DNA of 64,000 nucleotides from Octopus vulgaris (Eukaryota): NCBI GenBank assembly GCA_951406725.2, contig OX597841.1, positions 806,001 to 870,000 of the forward strand, read 5' to 3'. Shown piece by piece: positions 41,702 to 54,268 of this stretch (position 1 is its first letter; each line of letters starts with the position of its first letter). The notes under the pieces were generated by a model. It saw only the letters and a program-made list of their open reading frames with translations, ran no database searches and was not told where the DNA came from. The position numbers and the translations under genes were made by a program.

Positions 41702-43019
41702 GTAATTATAATCACTGTATATTTATTAGTTATTTGTAATTACATTCTGTGTTCAAAACCTTCTGTGATTAAAATTCTCTTGTACTCTGATGGTGTGTAT
41801 GAATAAAGTACCGGTGAAACACAGTGTCTATATAATCAGCTATATACACCTCTCCTATATTTCTATCATTGCATTAATTATTATCAATTCAATCGCGGAA
41901 TTGATATTATTTAATGTTCACCTGTAATGACTGAGGATTAACTTCGTTGCAGTTGTCGAAATTTGAGTGTGAATTCACTACGAACAACTAAGCATGCACA
42001 CACGTGGGCGCCCGCAGACATATAAATACATACGTACATGTGTCTAGCAACGAAGGCACGAGTCCTAGTGGTCAGGATGTCCAGCTTGTTATTCTAAGTT
42101 CGTGGTTTCAATTGCACGCTACAAATTCGTTGAGCAGGATTTTCACTTGATCCAACAAGAGAACACTCATAGTCATCTTCGAAACAGAGTGAGATCCATT
42201 TACTTAGGAACATATATGACGAAATTCGAATGATTTTCTTTCCTCTTCTGTTTCTGTTTATCTGTACAGTAATTAAAAGAAAATCAGTTAATAACAACAC
42301 AGAATGACATGAGCATACTTATATTGACTGGTGATGATCATGAATTTGACAGTCATATGATTAGTGCATAGAGATATTTTGGGTAATTCTTTGTGGATCT
42401 GCAATTATAAAAGCACTCAGTAACCTCTGTCTAAGAGTTTTATCTGCTAGGAATAACAGTCATTAAATATCGCTAGGAATCTCACCCTACCGTCGTAAAA
42501 ATGTAAATATATAATATACTGCAAAACAGGACAGTAATAACTGGAATACATTTGACCATTGATCATTCCTCACTAGGAATGACCCCTTTGAAATATTCCT
42601 TAATCGGAAGAGTAAGGACAAAATACTGGAAGGGATAGAGTTATTCTCAGACATAAAACCTGGCCCAAATATTTGCAACAGTTTTGTCTCCTTTAAACTT
42701 CCCTCGCCCAGGGGTGAGTTTGTAGTTTTAAACTAGCTAATAAATATAGTCTACTATATATGTATAGGGACTGTTCTTCTTAATATTGCCATATACACAG
42801 ATGACTTCTACGGATCCTTCAATCGCAAAGATTTCGTTGCTTGCAAAGTAGAAGATAGTATTTGTCCAGTGTATCACCGAGCAGTGTCGGCTTGAACTTG
42901 GAAACCTCACAATTACGTAGTTGCCAGGCAAACCTTTAAATTACAACATCTGATAATGACAATAACAGTAAAATAAAATTTAAAAACTACAACAGTACAT
43001 TTTTTTCTCCCTGTTACAG

Positions 43020-43180
43020 TTGGGGACGTCGTTTCTACGTGTGGTCTTACGAAGAAAGTTGTGAAACAGACATGGGTTGGATAGCTATTATTCAAATGAG
43101 TTGGTGTGACTGGGAGAAGAATCTTCCTTTGCCGACAATACTCTACTCAGGGAAAAGTTCGACAACCACATTTAATGAAG
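43020..43180 (+). CDS. Gene A exon 4
   Basis: Polypyrimidine + TTACAG acceptor. Phase-2 join gives (N)WGRRFYVWSYEESCETDMGWIAIIQMSWCDWEKNLPLPTILYSGKSSTTTFNE; donor GTAAGT at 43181, phase 1. Confidence 0.85.
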
Positions 43181-43392
43181 GTAAGTATATTGTCACCAGT
43201 TTTAAATTGTCTCGCGGAAAGGCGAATGCAGTAAGTACTAAAAGGTTAATTATGATGATGGCGTGGCGAACACAGGAAACAACTCAGGACATATTTCGGT
43301 GTTATTACACCTCCTCAGTGAAGCATAGGTCCCACGATACTTAACAAAGAGAATCATCACTTGATACAATATTACTCAAGTGTAGGTGCGTA

Positions 43393-43803
43393 ATTTGACA
43401 GCGGCCATGCTGGAGCATCGATAAGTTAACGGAAGTAAGCACACCAGCACCGGTTGTCAAGCAGTGGCGGGGGACTAAAACACAGGCACAAACCCACAGG
43501 CACGCGCACACACACTCACACACACACGCACACGCACACACACACACATACACGCACGCACACACTCACGCACACACACACGCACACACACACGCACACA
43601 CATGCACGCACACACACACACACGCACATACGCACACACACTCACATACACGACGAGCTCCTTTGTTGCAGTCTACTAAATCCCGACACAAGGCTTTGAT
43701 CGGCCCAAGGCTATAGTAGATGACACTTGCCGAAGGTTCTACGTTGTGGGACTGAACCCAGAACCACGTGGTCGAAAAGCCAGCTTCTTACCTTACAGCC
43801 ACG
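43393..43803 (-). mobile_element. tRNA-derived SINE with expanded (CA)n
   Basis: ATTTGACAGCGGCCATGCTGGAGCA...GGGACTGAACCCAGAACCACGTGG; same family as 33790. Confidence 0.8.
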
Positions 43804-43859
43804 TAATAAAGTAAATTTAGGCCTAAAGTCTCCTTGTTGTAATCCTGTCTGATGGCACT

Positions 43860-44178
43860 TCGTCGGTTACGACGAGGAGTGTTCCAGTTGATCTGACAGA
43901 CGGAACAACTTGCTCGTGAAAGTAATGTGAATTGGCTGAGTACACCACAGATACGCGTACCCTTAACGTAGTTCTGAGAGGAATTCAGAACGACACAGAG
44001 CATGGATAATGCTGGCCATTTGAAATACAAGGGGTTGCTCATTTCAGCCATCTGAGTGGACTAGAACAGGTTGAAATAAAGTACTTTGCTCAAGACTCAA
44101 TGCGCCACTGGGGTATCGAACTCGCGGCTTTAGTATTATGAGCTGAATACCCCTAAGCACTTAGCCACGCTCCTTTCC
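43860..44178 (-). mobile_element. Second tRNA-derived SINE family
   Basis: Homologous to 51225-51545; minus-strand head CGTGGCTAAGTGCTTAGG...GAGTTCGATACCCC. Confidence 0.75.
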
Positions 44179-44329
44179 GCCTGATGGTATGTGTTGTCTA
44201 GGAATTGTATCCATGGTGATGTTTGCAGATGGAACCGGTTGAGATGTAGCGCAGATATAAATATTTCTAAAATAAATTATTTGTAATGAAAGTTTTAGAA
44301 ATAAAGATGCCTTATCCAAATATCAGGAC

Positions 44330-44342
44330 AGCACCAGCACCT

Positions 44343-44373
<31 letters not shown>

Positions 44374-44395
44374 CAGTAGCGGTAGCAGCAGCATC

Positions 44396-44433
<38 letters not shown>

Positions 44434-44437
44434 CATC

Positions 44438-44495
<58 letters not shown>
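44330..44495. repeat. (GCA)n/(GTA)n microsatellite
   Basis: Direct read. Confidence 0.9.
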
Positions 44496-44901
44496 TCTTG
44501 TACTCGCATAAGACTAAATTTAAACATGGATACATTAGTCCAGTGCTTCTCAACCGGAGTCCATTTGAACCCTTGTGGTCCTTATGAGAATGTTGGTGTT
44601 TTACGCATGCACAATAGTAAATTGGGATCCATAGTAGCATAAAAGACGACTCCCTTCGGTCATGAATAGCCTTAGCATAGCACCTTAAAATGTTCCCCTC
44701 CATGTGACATATCCTTGCATGTTTGTTTATGGAAGGCCAGCAGTCGCCCATGTCTGCCAGCCTCTCCTCTCCGCGCTCTCGATGTTACCCAAAGGAAAAG
44801 CAAAGGGACCGATACAGCCTGGCACCAATGACCTCGCAACTCATTTCTACAGCTGAAATGAACTGAAGCAAGGCACATATTGTTCAAAACACGATGGAAA
44901 A

Positions 44902-45103
44902 TTTTGGCACGAAGCCAGTAATTTCGGGGGAAAGGGTTAAGTCGATAACATCGAGCAGAGCACTCGATTTTTACTTATTTTATCGACCCCGAAAGGATGA
45001 AAGGTAAAGTAGACCACGGCAGAATTTGAACTTAGAACCTAAAGACTTATGAAATACCGCTAAGCATTTTCCGCGGTAACGATTTTGCCAGCTCACCGCC
45101 TTA
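44902..45103 (-). mobile_element. SINE with Nin-like central domain
   Basis: TTATCGACCCCGAAAGGATGAAAGG..GGCAGAATTTGAAC. Other copies at ~45575-45690, 49260-49545 (+) and 53634-53812 (-). Confidence 0.75.
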
Positions 45104-45124
45104 ACACGAAGGAAAATATTGCGG

Positions 45125-45366
45125 TACAAAATATAGAATTTTTATCTCATCCGCCTCATTCTTCTGGTTTTGCTCCATCTGACTACCAACTTTTCAAACC
45201 ATTGCAACGGTATTTAGAGAGCAAACATTTTGTCAATTGTGATGAGGTCACAAATTGTATTGAATGGTGGTTCTTTGCTTCGCAAGATGAAGACGATTAC
45301 GCCCCAAGGCTTAACTATTTTCCAAATAGACAGGATTATGCCATCAATAGTGAAGTGAAATATTGA
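45125..45366 (+). mobile_element. Decayed mariner transposase C-terminal fragment
   Basis: HPPHSSGFAPSDYQLFKPLQ..FFASQ matches the mariner HPPYSPDLAPSDYHLF motif. Confidence 0.8.
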
Positions 45367-45809
45367 TTTCAAATTTTAGCACAAGGCCAGAAATGTCGGG
45401 GGAGTGAGTAAGTAGATTATTTTTGAAGAACAATGTTTTAGAGAAGCAGAAGATCGGCGGGTGTCTTTTCCTCCTCTCATTAATATCATAATTTCGTTTA
45501 TCATTTCGTCTCATTAATGTAATGTCCAGCCCGCAGCTACATCTGTGTAATGCCCTTGTGGTAAATTATATGAATAAAAGTAGATTACTTTGATCCCTGC
45601 TCTCAATTTGTACTTGTTTTATCGATCCCGAAACGAAGAGAGTCAAGTCGATCTTCTGCTAAAGGTTCCGCCAGCTCGCTACCTTAATGAAGGGAAATAT
45701 TATTTTGATTAAATAGAGAAATTAAATCCAAAATTGCCTTTGCTGTTACTGATTGTTGTCTTGTTAATTTTGCTGTTGTTGTTGTCATTGTTACTTTATT
45801 ATTTTCCAG

Positions 45810-45859
45810 GTTTGGAAATAGGTGATTCCATGGCCATCTTCATCCGCCTAAAACCTTAA
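45810..45859 (+). CDS. Gene A exon 5 (terminal)
   Basis: TTTTCCAG acceptor. Phase-1 join gives (G)LEIGDSMAIFIRLKP-TAA. Total CDS 328+179+161+161+50 = 879 nt, i.e. 292 aa + stop. Confidence 0.75.
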
Positions 45860-46116
45860 CTAACCAATCAAAAGATTCTGTTTTATACAACGTGACCACA
45901 CGGCTTCAGCCAACGGAAGCTGTTAGTTACATAGTAGAAACCGGGACAATAATTGGAAGACACTTGTCCAAGGTGTTGCACCGTAGGATTGAACTCCAAA
46001 GCACATGATTACAAAGCAAGCTTCTTAACCACACAATCACGCTTGTATCTGTGTGTCTACGTGTATGTGCATGTGTATGTAAGCTTATTATATGTGTGTG
46101 TGTATGTGCGTACATC

Positions 46117-46621
46117 CAGGGTGTCCCAAAATTAACTATTTCAGTGAAATCGGACATTTTTTAGAAATTCCTTTTTATATATGTTTATCCTGTTTAATTT
46201 TTGTTAAAAATGTATAAAAGTTTAATTTTGACTCTAATTTAACAAATTTTTATAATGTATTTTTACAATTTTACTTTAATTCCCGTTCGATCCCGCTTAT
46301 CTGTCAACGCCAGCTTTTATTTCAATTTCGCTGCAGTCATCTTCTCTTGCTCCATCCCCAGGAATGTATTCAGTTAGCAGTGCAGATAAAATATTCCTAA
46401 AATGCTTCGGAATGTGTTTCGCAATGGCAAGGATAGATTTGAAATTCGCAAGGATACAGACGGGGCACATGTTGAAAATTTTCAATAGAATTTTGTAATA
46501 TTTACAAATCTTTTTGCTTTGGTATCGTAATTAACTAATAAACATAAAATTTTGTCAATTTTTTAAAAATTTAAATTTGTCCAATTTCAATGAAATAGAA
46601 AGTTAATTCTGGGACAACCTG
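46117..46621 (+). mobile_element. Tc1/mariner-superfamily MITE or deletion derivative
   Basis: Imperfect ~40-bp TIRs: CAGGGTGTCCCAAAATTAACTATTTCAGTGAAATCGGACA and TGTCCAATTTCAATGAAATAGAAAGTTAATTCTGGGACAACCTG followed by TA. Relic MLRNVFRNGKDRFEIRKDTDGAHVENFQ* resembles a transposase C-terminus. Confidence 0.75.
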
Positions 46622-47283
46622 TATGTGGTACTCCTGCTTATGTGTGTGTTTATATATTCATATATTCTTTAACCTACACTTTATATAGTTTAGTTTTATT
46701 TATTGATTAAATTAGTGATTGAACTGCTCGACAGGCAAACAATTTGAAAACGATTAATATTCATAATCCACGTGACCATGTAAGTTTTGTTTATATTTTT
46801 AATATCCGGGGATACATTAATTTCACTAGTCCTCTATGTAAATGTAAAAATCCCCACCCACGCACACAATTTAAAAATGCACGAAACTTTCCTCTCTTTG
46901 ACAATGCACGAAACTTTCCTCTCTTGAGACACGTTGTAACATTCGTTGATTAAATAAAAAATATATTAATATACACACAAGTTTTCTGTTCTGTTTCCTT
47001 GTTCGAGTATGGGGGAAGAATGAGTGACCGAGAGGAGAGGGGGTGACGTAAGAAGGGACCGGGAAAGAACAAAAATGGCGTCACGTCAAGAAGCAGCAGT
47101 TCGAAGACAGCCTCTTTCTTGAGGGGTCTGCAGCGAGGTCAACTCGTGTTGCTGGGGACGGTGATAGAGCAGTGGTCCCTTCTGGCCAGTGGTTGGGGGA
47201 GTTTGGATACCACTTCGTATATATAAGAAGGGAAAGAAAGGGGAAAATAGGAAATCTTCTGACAATGCGGAAGTGGAAAATGT

Positions 47284-47285
47284 AC

Positions 47286-47334
<49 letters not shown>

Positions 47335-47376
47335 TGTATGTATGTATGTATGTATGTATGTATGTATGTACTTATG

Positions 47377-47410
<34 letters not shown>

Positions 47411-47432
47411 TATATATATATGTATGTATGTA

Positions 47433-47497
<65 letters not shown>
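47284..47497. repeat. (TA)n/(TATG)n microsatellite
   Basis: Direct read. Confidence 0.92.
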
Positions 47498-47500
<3 letters not shown>

Positions 47501-47828
47501 TAAAAAATGGAGTTAACGCAGGTTTAAACAAGTATTTTTACTTTCGACACATGTTTCGAAAATTCCACTGATACTATTCAAAAGAATAAATGGGGTATAA
47601 ACAATGCAATCTTCTCTTCGGGAAAGTGAAATAAAACGAAACTCGTCAATACGACATTTTAGCAAAAAATGATGGATTTGTATAGCGATAGACAGAACGC
47701 TATTAATATTGTTTAAAAAAACGTTATATGATATAACGTCATAAGTAGCTAACAGAAAGAGTTTTGCTGCCCTGGTAACTATTTATTTATTTTTCCGTGT
47801 TAATTGTTAACAAGGTAAAAATACACTC

Positions 47829-47892
<64 letters not shown>

Positions 47893-47959
47893 ATATTAGG
47901 GAATAAATCCAAGCTTACAGGTAAAAATGAGATTTAAGATTAAATCCAATTTTATAGTA

Positions 47960-48576
47960 TAAATATATTATATTATATTATATTAAATTAGAGATAAAAC
48001 CACTATTAGGCAAATCGAACAGTGAATAACTTAAGCCAATACATAAAATTAATTTTAAAATATAAAAGTTAAAAATAAAAAATTATTTAAATAATTTAAA
48101 CTTATAAATTTTATATATATATACAAATATATATATATATATATATGTATGTATATTTTTATATTTATATATTATTTAATTAATTAATTAATTAATTAAT
48201 TGATTTATTTATTTTTTTATTTTTATTAAAAAAATTTTTTTTTATATTTCAAAAGTATTAAAAGTTTAATAAAAGATAATTAAACTGTTAATACTTTTGA
48301 TATATAAAAAAATAAAAAAATTAATTAATTAATTAATTAAGAAATAAAATAATATATAAATATAAAAATATACCTACATACATATATATATATTTGTATA
48401 TATATATAAAATTTATAAGTTTAAATTATTTAAATAAAATTTATAGGTTTAAATTATTTAAATAATTTTTTATTTTTAACTTTTATATTTTAAATTAATT
48501 TTTGGATTGGCTTATCTTTTTCACTGTTTGATTTGCCTAATAGTGGTTTTATCTCTAATTTAAATAATATAATATA

Positions 48577-48580
<4 letters not shown>
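47960..48580. repeat. AT-rich palindrome, ~300-bp arms centred near 48274
   Basis: AAATTAGAGATAAAACCACTATTAGGCAAATC (47985) is mirrored by GATTTGCCTAATAGTGGTTTTATCTCTAATTT (48530). TCAAAAGTATTAA and TTAATACTTTTGA flank the centre. Confidence 0.88.
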
Positions 48581-48668
<88 letters not shown>

Positions 48669-49259
48669 TAATAATGCTGCAAAGCATTACGAAAACGTTA
48701 CTCAGAGTTCCAGTTCGTCGGACAGTTTTGTTTGAGAACTGAACAAAAATAAGGATTTATTTATATGTAAAATTATTCAATTACGTTGATTGATACACAC
48801 TTGAAATTGGTCCTTCTCTAATAATGGTATTTTAAATAACCGGGTGTATGAAATTAAAAATTACGATTTAAAATCCTATTATTTAAAATCGAAGAAAATC
48901 TTTAATCTAAAAATTAGCTTAAGTACAAGGAAAAATCAAGTATACTCTGGGTAAATTAATTAATGGTAAGATAAATTTAAATTAAAAAGTTATGTCCGTT
49001 TAGAATAATAATATTTACAAAGAACTAACATCATAAAAACACATATACTTTAGCAAAACAATACACACGCCAAAAACCTATATGTACATATATATATCAT
49101 AAATAGGGACAAAAAGACACAGATAAATGCAAGGTCATGTTCTTTTTTGTATGCATGTCTGTCTCTCGGCTTTTAAGGGAAGATGGAATAAGGGCAATGG
49201 GACAAAAAATGTGCAGGGTTTGCCTGTCCTGATAGTGACACGTATTTTGTTATAAATTA

Positions 49260-49545
49260 TGCGGTTTCATTTTCGAGTTCAAATTCCGCTACGTTCTTAG
49301 TTTAAATTCCGCCGAAGTCGACTTTGCCTTTCATCCTTTCGAGGTCAATTAAATAAGTACCAGTTACTCACTGGGGTCGATATAATCGACTTAATCTGTT
49401 TGTCTGTCCTTGTTTGCCCCCCCCTTCCCTGTGTTTAGCCCCTTCTGGGCAGTAAAGAAGTAGGTATTTCGTCTGCCGTTACGTTCTGAGTTCAAATTCC
49501 GCCGAGGTCGACTATGCCCTTCATCCTTTCGGGGTCGATTAAATA
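49260..49545 (+). mobile_element. Tandem fragments of the Nin-like SINE
   Basis: AAATTCCGC occurs three times, twice followed by CGA(A/G)GTCGACT..GCC(T/C)TTCATCCTTTCG. Confidence 0.75.
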
Positions 49546-49844
49546 CGCCGAGCTCAATAAAAAACCTTAACCAGTCATGTATCGTAAATTGATTTCATCC
49601 ATCGATTTTGTTTCCTGTTTACTCGTCAATTCCAAAAAGGAGAGTCTTTTGTTTATGATAAATATTCTTATTAGTACGGTTTGGCGCGATAAAATACTTC
49701 ACCACATTGCTACGCATAATTCATAATTTCTACTGGTCATATATGTTCCAAACATAAGTGAATTGATCCTATAGTCTATTAATACATTATTACTATTATG
49801 ATGAAAATAATAATATGTGTTTGTGTGTGCATATGGATACATAC

Positions 49845-50023
49845 CTCATAAATTGAAAGATAGTTCCAGAAATCGAGAATAGGATGTCGGAAGAAGTTAG
49901 GACAAAAGTTACCACGAAAATTGTCTACTTTCCAGCATGAAGGACTTCCTATATTCATAAATGAATTATAGACGTTCGAACCAGCTCCCACTGATATAGA
50001 ATATGCTTTAATCCATTGGCTAT
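49845..50023 (-). pseudogene. Orphan exon 2 of a fourth paralogue (copy D)
   Basis: Minus strand: (TTA)n-TTTCAG | SQWIKAYSISVGAGSNVYNSFMNIGSPSCWKVDNFRGNFCPNFFRHPILDFWNYLSIYE | GTATGT. 179 nt, open frame. I found no matching exon 1 or exons 3-5 on that strand. Confidence 0.8.
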
Positions 50024-50030
50024 CTGAAAT

Positions 50031-50117
<87 letters not shown>

Positions 50118-50254
50118 TGCCCTGATGCAGTACCAGGCAGTGGCTCTCGTGGCTTCTGATCTTAACTGATTGGAAGTGTTATCATGTACATTGTTTTGTC
50201 TTGGTATAAAAAGATAGGCTACAGCAAATATTTTGCTCAATACCACAATCTTAA

Positions 50255-52395
50255 ATCCTTCACCTTCTTATCATAATACATACGAGTACAAATAAAACAG
50301 AATATGATAGAAAAGAACACACTTACTTTCACTGAGGTAGAGGGCCGCCCCTACACTTTAGCTGCTCGTGTGAGGACTTCTTGTCCTCTGCTCTCCCTCT
50401 TGTCTTCTATTGTAAGTACTTTCTTCTATTAACCACAGTCGAGTTTACAGATATCAGGACTTATCGTAAACCCCTACACTGTCCGCTGCTGTCTGTCCTA
50501 TGTTGTCTTATCAGTATCACCTTCAGACTTAGGCTTGTCTATAAATGATCAACGCTTGCACACTGTCCAAAATATACACAGTACCATCCACCAAGATCAA
50601 TCTTGTCTAGTATTGTACTTATATTTCTCCACAAAAGTGAAAATACACCAAACATTTCAATACGTCTTCTTTGTTACTACAAAGAAAAGACGTTCTTGAG
50701 TAGAGAAATGCGCTTCACGAAACATACAGAAGATACGCCTGTGTAGTTGTTGAAGTAGTTCCGATGTTAGTAGTAATGCAGCTCTGGTGTTTTTGATAGT
50801 GACGTTGTAGTGTTAATACCTGGTGATGGCGTGATGTGATGTTGGTGTTTCTGTAGGTGGAGATATAAAAGCTGAACGTTGAATGTCGCTGGACCAAGTC
50901 TTTCAGTATAGAAAATCATTCAAATCAATACCATGGATGATGCAACGTAAGCATATTTCTAGATGTACGAAATTTTCCTAGGTACACAGTGATGAAGGCA
51001 TGTACCAGTTTCCGGAAACGTTTTGAGACCGTGGTGGGATCCGAAGGGTAGCAATTTGGGGGAACTGTCATCTCCCAGCCATAATTTTGTTGATAGACTT
51101 TGATTTCTTAAAAGATACTTTTATATTTTGAATGGGATTTTGCGTTTCATTTTCCTATTATGCAAATTGCCGAAGTGTATGTACATACATACATACATAC
51201 ATACATACATACATACACAGGAGAACTCCGTCAGTTACGACGACGTGAGTTCCAGCTGATGCGATCAACGGAGCAGCTTGCCCGTAAAATTAAAATGAAA
51301 GTGGCTGAGCACTCCACAGACATAAGCATCGTTAACGTAGTTCTCAGGGAGGTTCAGCGTGACACAGAGTGTGACAAGGCCGGCCCTTTGAAATACAGGT
51401 ACTACTCATTTTTTGCCAGCTGAGTGGACTGGAGCAAAGTGAAATAAAGTGTCTTGCTCAAGGACACAACGCGTCGCCGGAAATTGAACTCACGACCTTA
51501 CGACCCTGAGCCGAATGTCCCTAACCATTAAGCCACGCGCCTTCACACACACATTCACACACACACTTTCTAATTAGGAAGTATTGCTAATTGCCATGAT
51601 ACATATAATTACATGTTTTGTGAAACTTATTAAAGCAGTTTGTGTTACGGTTGAAATAGAGAGTGTACCGATCCAGAACTATGTTTACTTTTCATCATCC
51701 ATGGTGATTGATTTGAATGATTTTCTTTAATGGAAGACTTCGGTCCAGCGACCTTCAACGTATCTCCACCTACTGAAACACCAACATCACGTCACCCCAT
51801 CACCAGGTATTAACACTGCAACGTCAGTATCAAAAACACCAGAGCTGCATTACTGCTAACATCGGAACGACTTCAACAACTACACAGGCGTATCTTCTGT
51901 ATGTTTCGTGAAGCGCATTTCTCTACTCAAGAAATTCTTTCCTTCGTAGTAACAAAGAAGACGTATTGAAAAGTTTGGTGTATTTTCACTTTTTGTGGAA
52001 ATACAAGCATATTAGTAAACAAGATTGATCTGAGTGGTTGGTACAGTGTTTTTTGGTCAATCTGCGTGTTTTGGTAATTTTCGGACAAGTCTAAGTCTGA
52101 AGGTGATACTGATAAGAGAACAAAGGACAGACAGCAGTGGTCAGTTCTGGCATTTATGAAAAGTCCTGATATCTGTAGACTCTACTGTGGTTAATAGAAG
52201 AAAGTACTTACAATAGAAGACGGGAAGGAGAGCAGAAAGAAGCTGTGCCCTTAATGAACAGTCCTGACTAGAAGTCCTCACGTAACCACCTAAAGTGTAG
52301 GTGCGGCTCTCCACCTCAGTGAAAGTAAGTGGGTTCTTTTCTATCATATTCTGTTATATTTGTACACGTATATATTACGATAAGAAGGTGTAGGG
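50255..52395. repeat. Inverted duplication, arms ~50255-50945 and ~51690-52395
   Basis: For example GAGTAGAGAAATGCGCTTCACGAAACATACAGAAGATACGCCTGTGTAGTTGTTGAAG (50698) is the reverse complement of ~51871-51928. Confidence 0.9.
51225..51545 (-). mobile_element. tRNA-derived SINE (second family)
   Basis: Minus-strand head AGGCGCGTGGCTTAATGGTTAGG...GAGTTCAATTTCCGG..TGTGTCCTTGAGCAAGACACTT. Confidence 0.82.
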
Positions 52396-53633
52396 AAAAA
52401 AAGATTAGTGTGTGTGCGCATGTGTGTACGTGCATTGTGAAGTGAGCAAGAGTTTGTGATGTTGTTTAATCATTAGATGAACTGTGTGTGTGTTTGTATT
52501 TGTGTATCTGAGCATATGTTACATCGATTTGAGATGACTTGTTACTAAACAACTGTAACAGAAACAAACTGGATGATGTAGCCATAAATACATTACGACT
52601 TAACAAAAGAGGAGATGGTCACATTTGGAATATTTTGTTAAGTCATAATGTATTTCTGGCTACATCATCCAGTTTGTTAGAGTTGTTGAGTAACAGGTCA
52701 TCCCCGATCGAGGTAACACATTCATGAAACTGATAAACTAAATGCATTTACAATAAAGATTTGCTGTTTTATTTTGATAAAAATACCAGCTGTTCCGGAG
52801 CAAAATCTGTGAATGCCGTTCGGCTGTCTGTACTGTCTCTCACTGACACCCACTCCATCACCGTTTGTTGCTTCACTCTTTTTTTCCCCTACCGTGACCG
52901 ATGGGAAACACATCGCGTCTTATTAGTTGTAAGATAATTACGAAAGAGAGAATAATTTTCTAGTTACTCTGATAGTATGCTGCAGAATATTATTATAGTT
53001 TAGAAGGTAACAGCCAGGAACGTTAAAACTTGTTGTCAGCATCGTCGCAGGATTTGCAAGAGTGAGGCTGCAGATAAATTCGAACTCCCACACGTTCTCT
53101 GATTCCCAAATTTTCCTCCGTGTTTACACCCGAACACTTTTCCATGGTTCAGAATTGTTGCAAAGTATCTGAGGTTTGGAATCAGGATTTTATTTCTAGA
53201 TCGGTTGCCCCATCACCAGGCTAATGAGCTCCACCTGTCCAACTGAATTACTAAATAACCCATAATTGTTATCCTGACGAGTACTTCTACTCCGGGTCAG
53301 AGTAGACCTTTAAGAGGTGATTCCAGACTCTTCAAAACCCTGGAAATCCCCAACCAGGTCCCCGTACTGAATGCAATTTAAAATCGTTCCCAGGAAATGC
53401 GTCTTTATCAATGACCATAATTTATTTAAAACATTTTATTTTAAATTGTATTTTATTCCTTTTGCGTTTCTCTTCCAAAAATCCTTCCTCTCACGTGCAA
53501 ACATTTCCCCTCTTCTCATTGTATCTCTCTCTTCTTTTTCAGGATTTTTCTCTGCTACTTTCTAACTCTTTTCTACTCTCTGCCTTTTTCTTCCCCGATC
53601 TCTCCATATATATTCATTCCTACACTAGACACA

Positions 53634-53812
53634 CGGCCTGAAATTTGTGGTGAGGGGCCAGTCACTTAAATCGACTGGTACATAATTTATCGACCCCGAA
53701 AGGATGATCGGCAAGGTCGAGCTCGGCAGAACTTTAAATCAAACCGTAAAGATAGACGAAATACCGCTAAGAATTTTACCCGGCGTGCTAACGTTCGGGC
53801 CAGTACGCCACC
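53634..53812 (-). mobile_element. Nin-like SINE inserted just upstream of the candidate TATA box of gene B
   Basis: TTTATCGACCCCGAAAGGATG..GTCGAGCTCGGCAGAAC..GACGAAATACCGCTAAG; absent from the equivalent site in A and C. Confidence 0.75.
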
Positions 53813-53946
53813 ATTCCTTCTTTATATATTAAAATTCTTCTTGTCTCATTGCTGAGCTCCTCATATCTCTCTCCACTCCATTCTTTCTGTCTTTCATGCC
53901 ATTTCTTTTTCTCTTCTATATGCCTCTGATAATCATGGAATCAAGA

Positions 53947-54268
53947 ATGTCCCATTTTACCCGTCCATCTGTTATGAGAGCGCTGTTGTTAACCCTTACA
54001 ACAATTCTGACCGTTACCTCAGGTCAGGAACTTGAGGCCTACTACAAAGCTTTGGATCCTGGTTATTCTTATGGTTATCTTCAGGCAAATCCATCGGAAA
54101 AATTCTATAAGAGAGAAAGTCTACTGGAATGTGCCGGTATCGCTCTAAGCAGTCAATCAGAATTCTTTACTTACAACAAAGTCAGCCATGTTTGTAAGAA
54201 TTACTCACCGAAAAATATAATGACAATCGTCAGCACGAATGACACCAACGAGATTTCATTCTATAAAA
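53947..54268 (+). CDS. Gene B exon 1 (signal peptide + PAN-like module)
   Basis: MSHFTRPSVMRALLLTLTTILTVTSGQELEAYY...SLLECAGIALSSQSEFFTYNKVSHVC...FYK; donor GTAAGT at 54269. Gene B as a whole appears truncated. Confidence 0.8.

Noticed and set aside
53896-53946. N-terminal extension of gene B (MPFLFLFYMPLIIMESR)
   Set aside because: The ATG at 53947 aligns with the starts of A and C and gives a normal signal peptide. The upstream in-frame ATGs are not conserved, though their use cannot be excluded.
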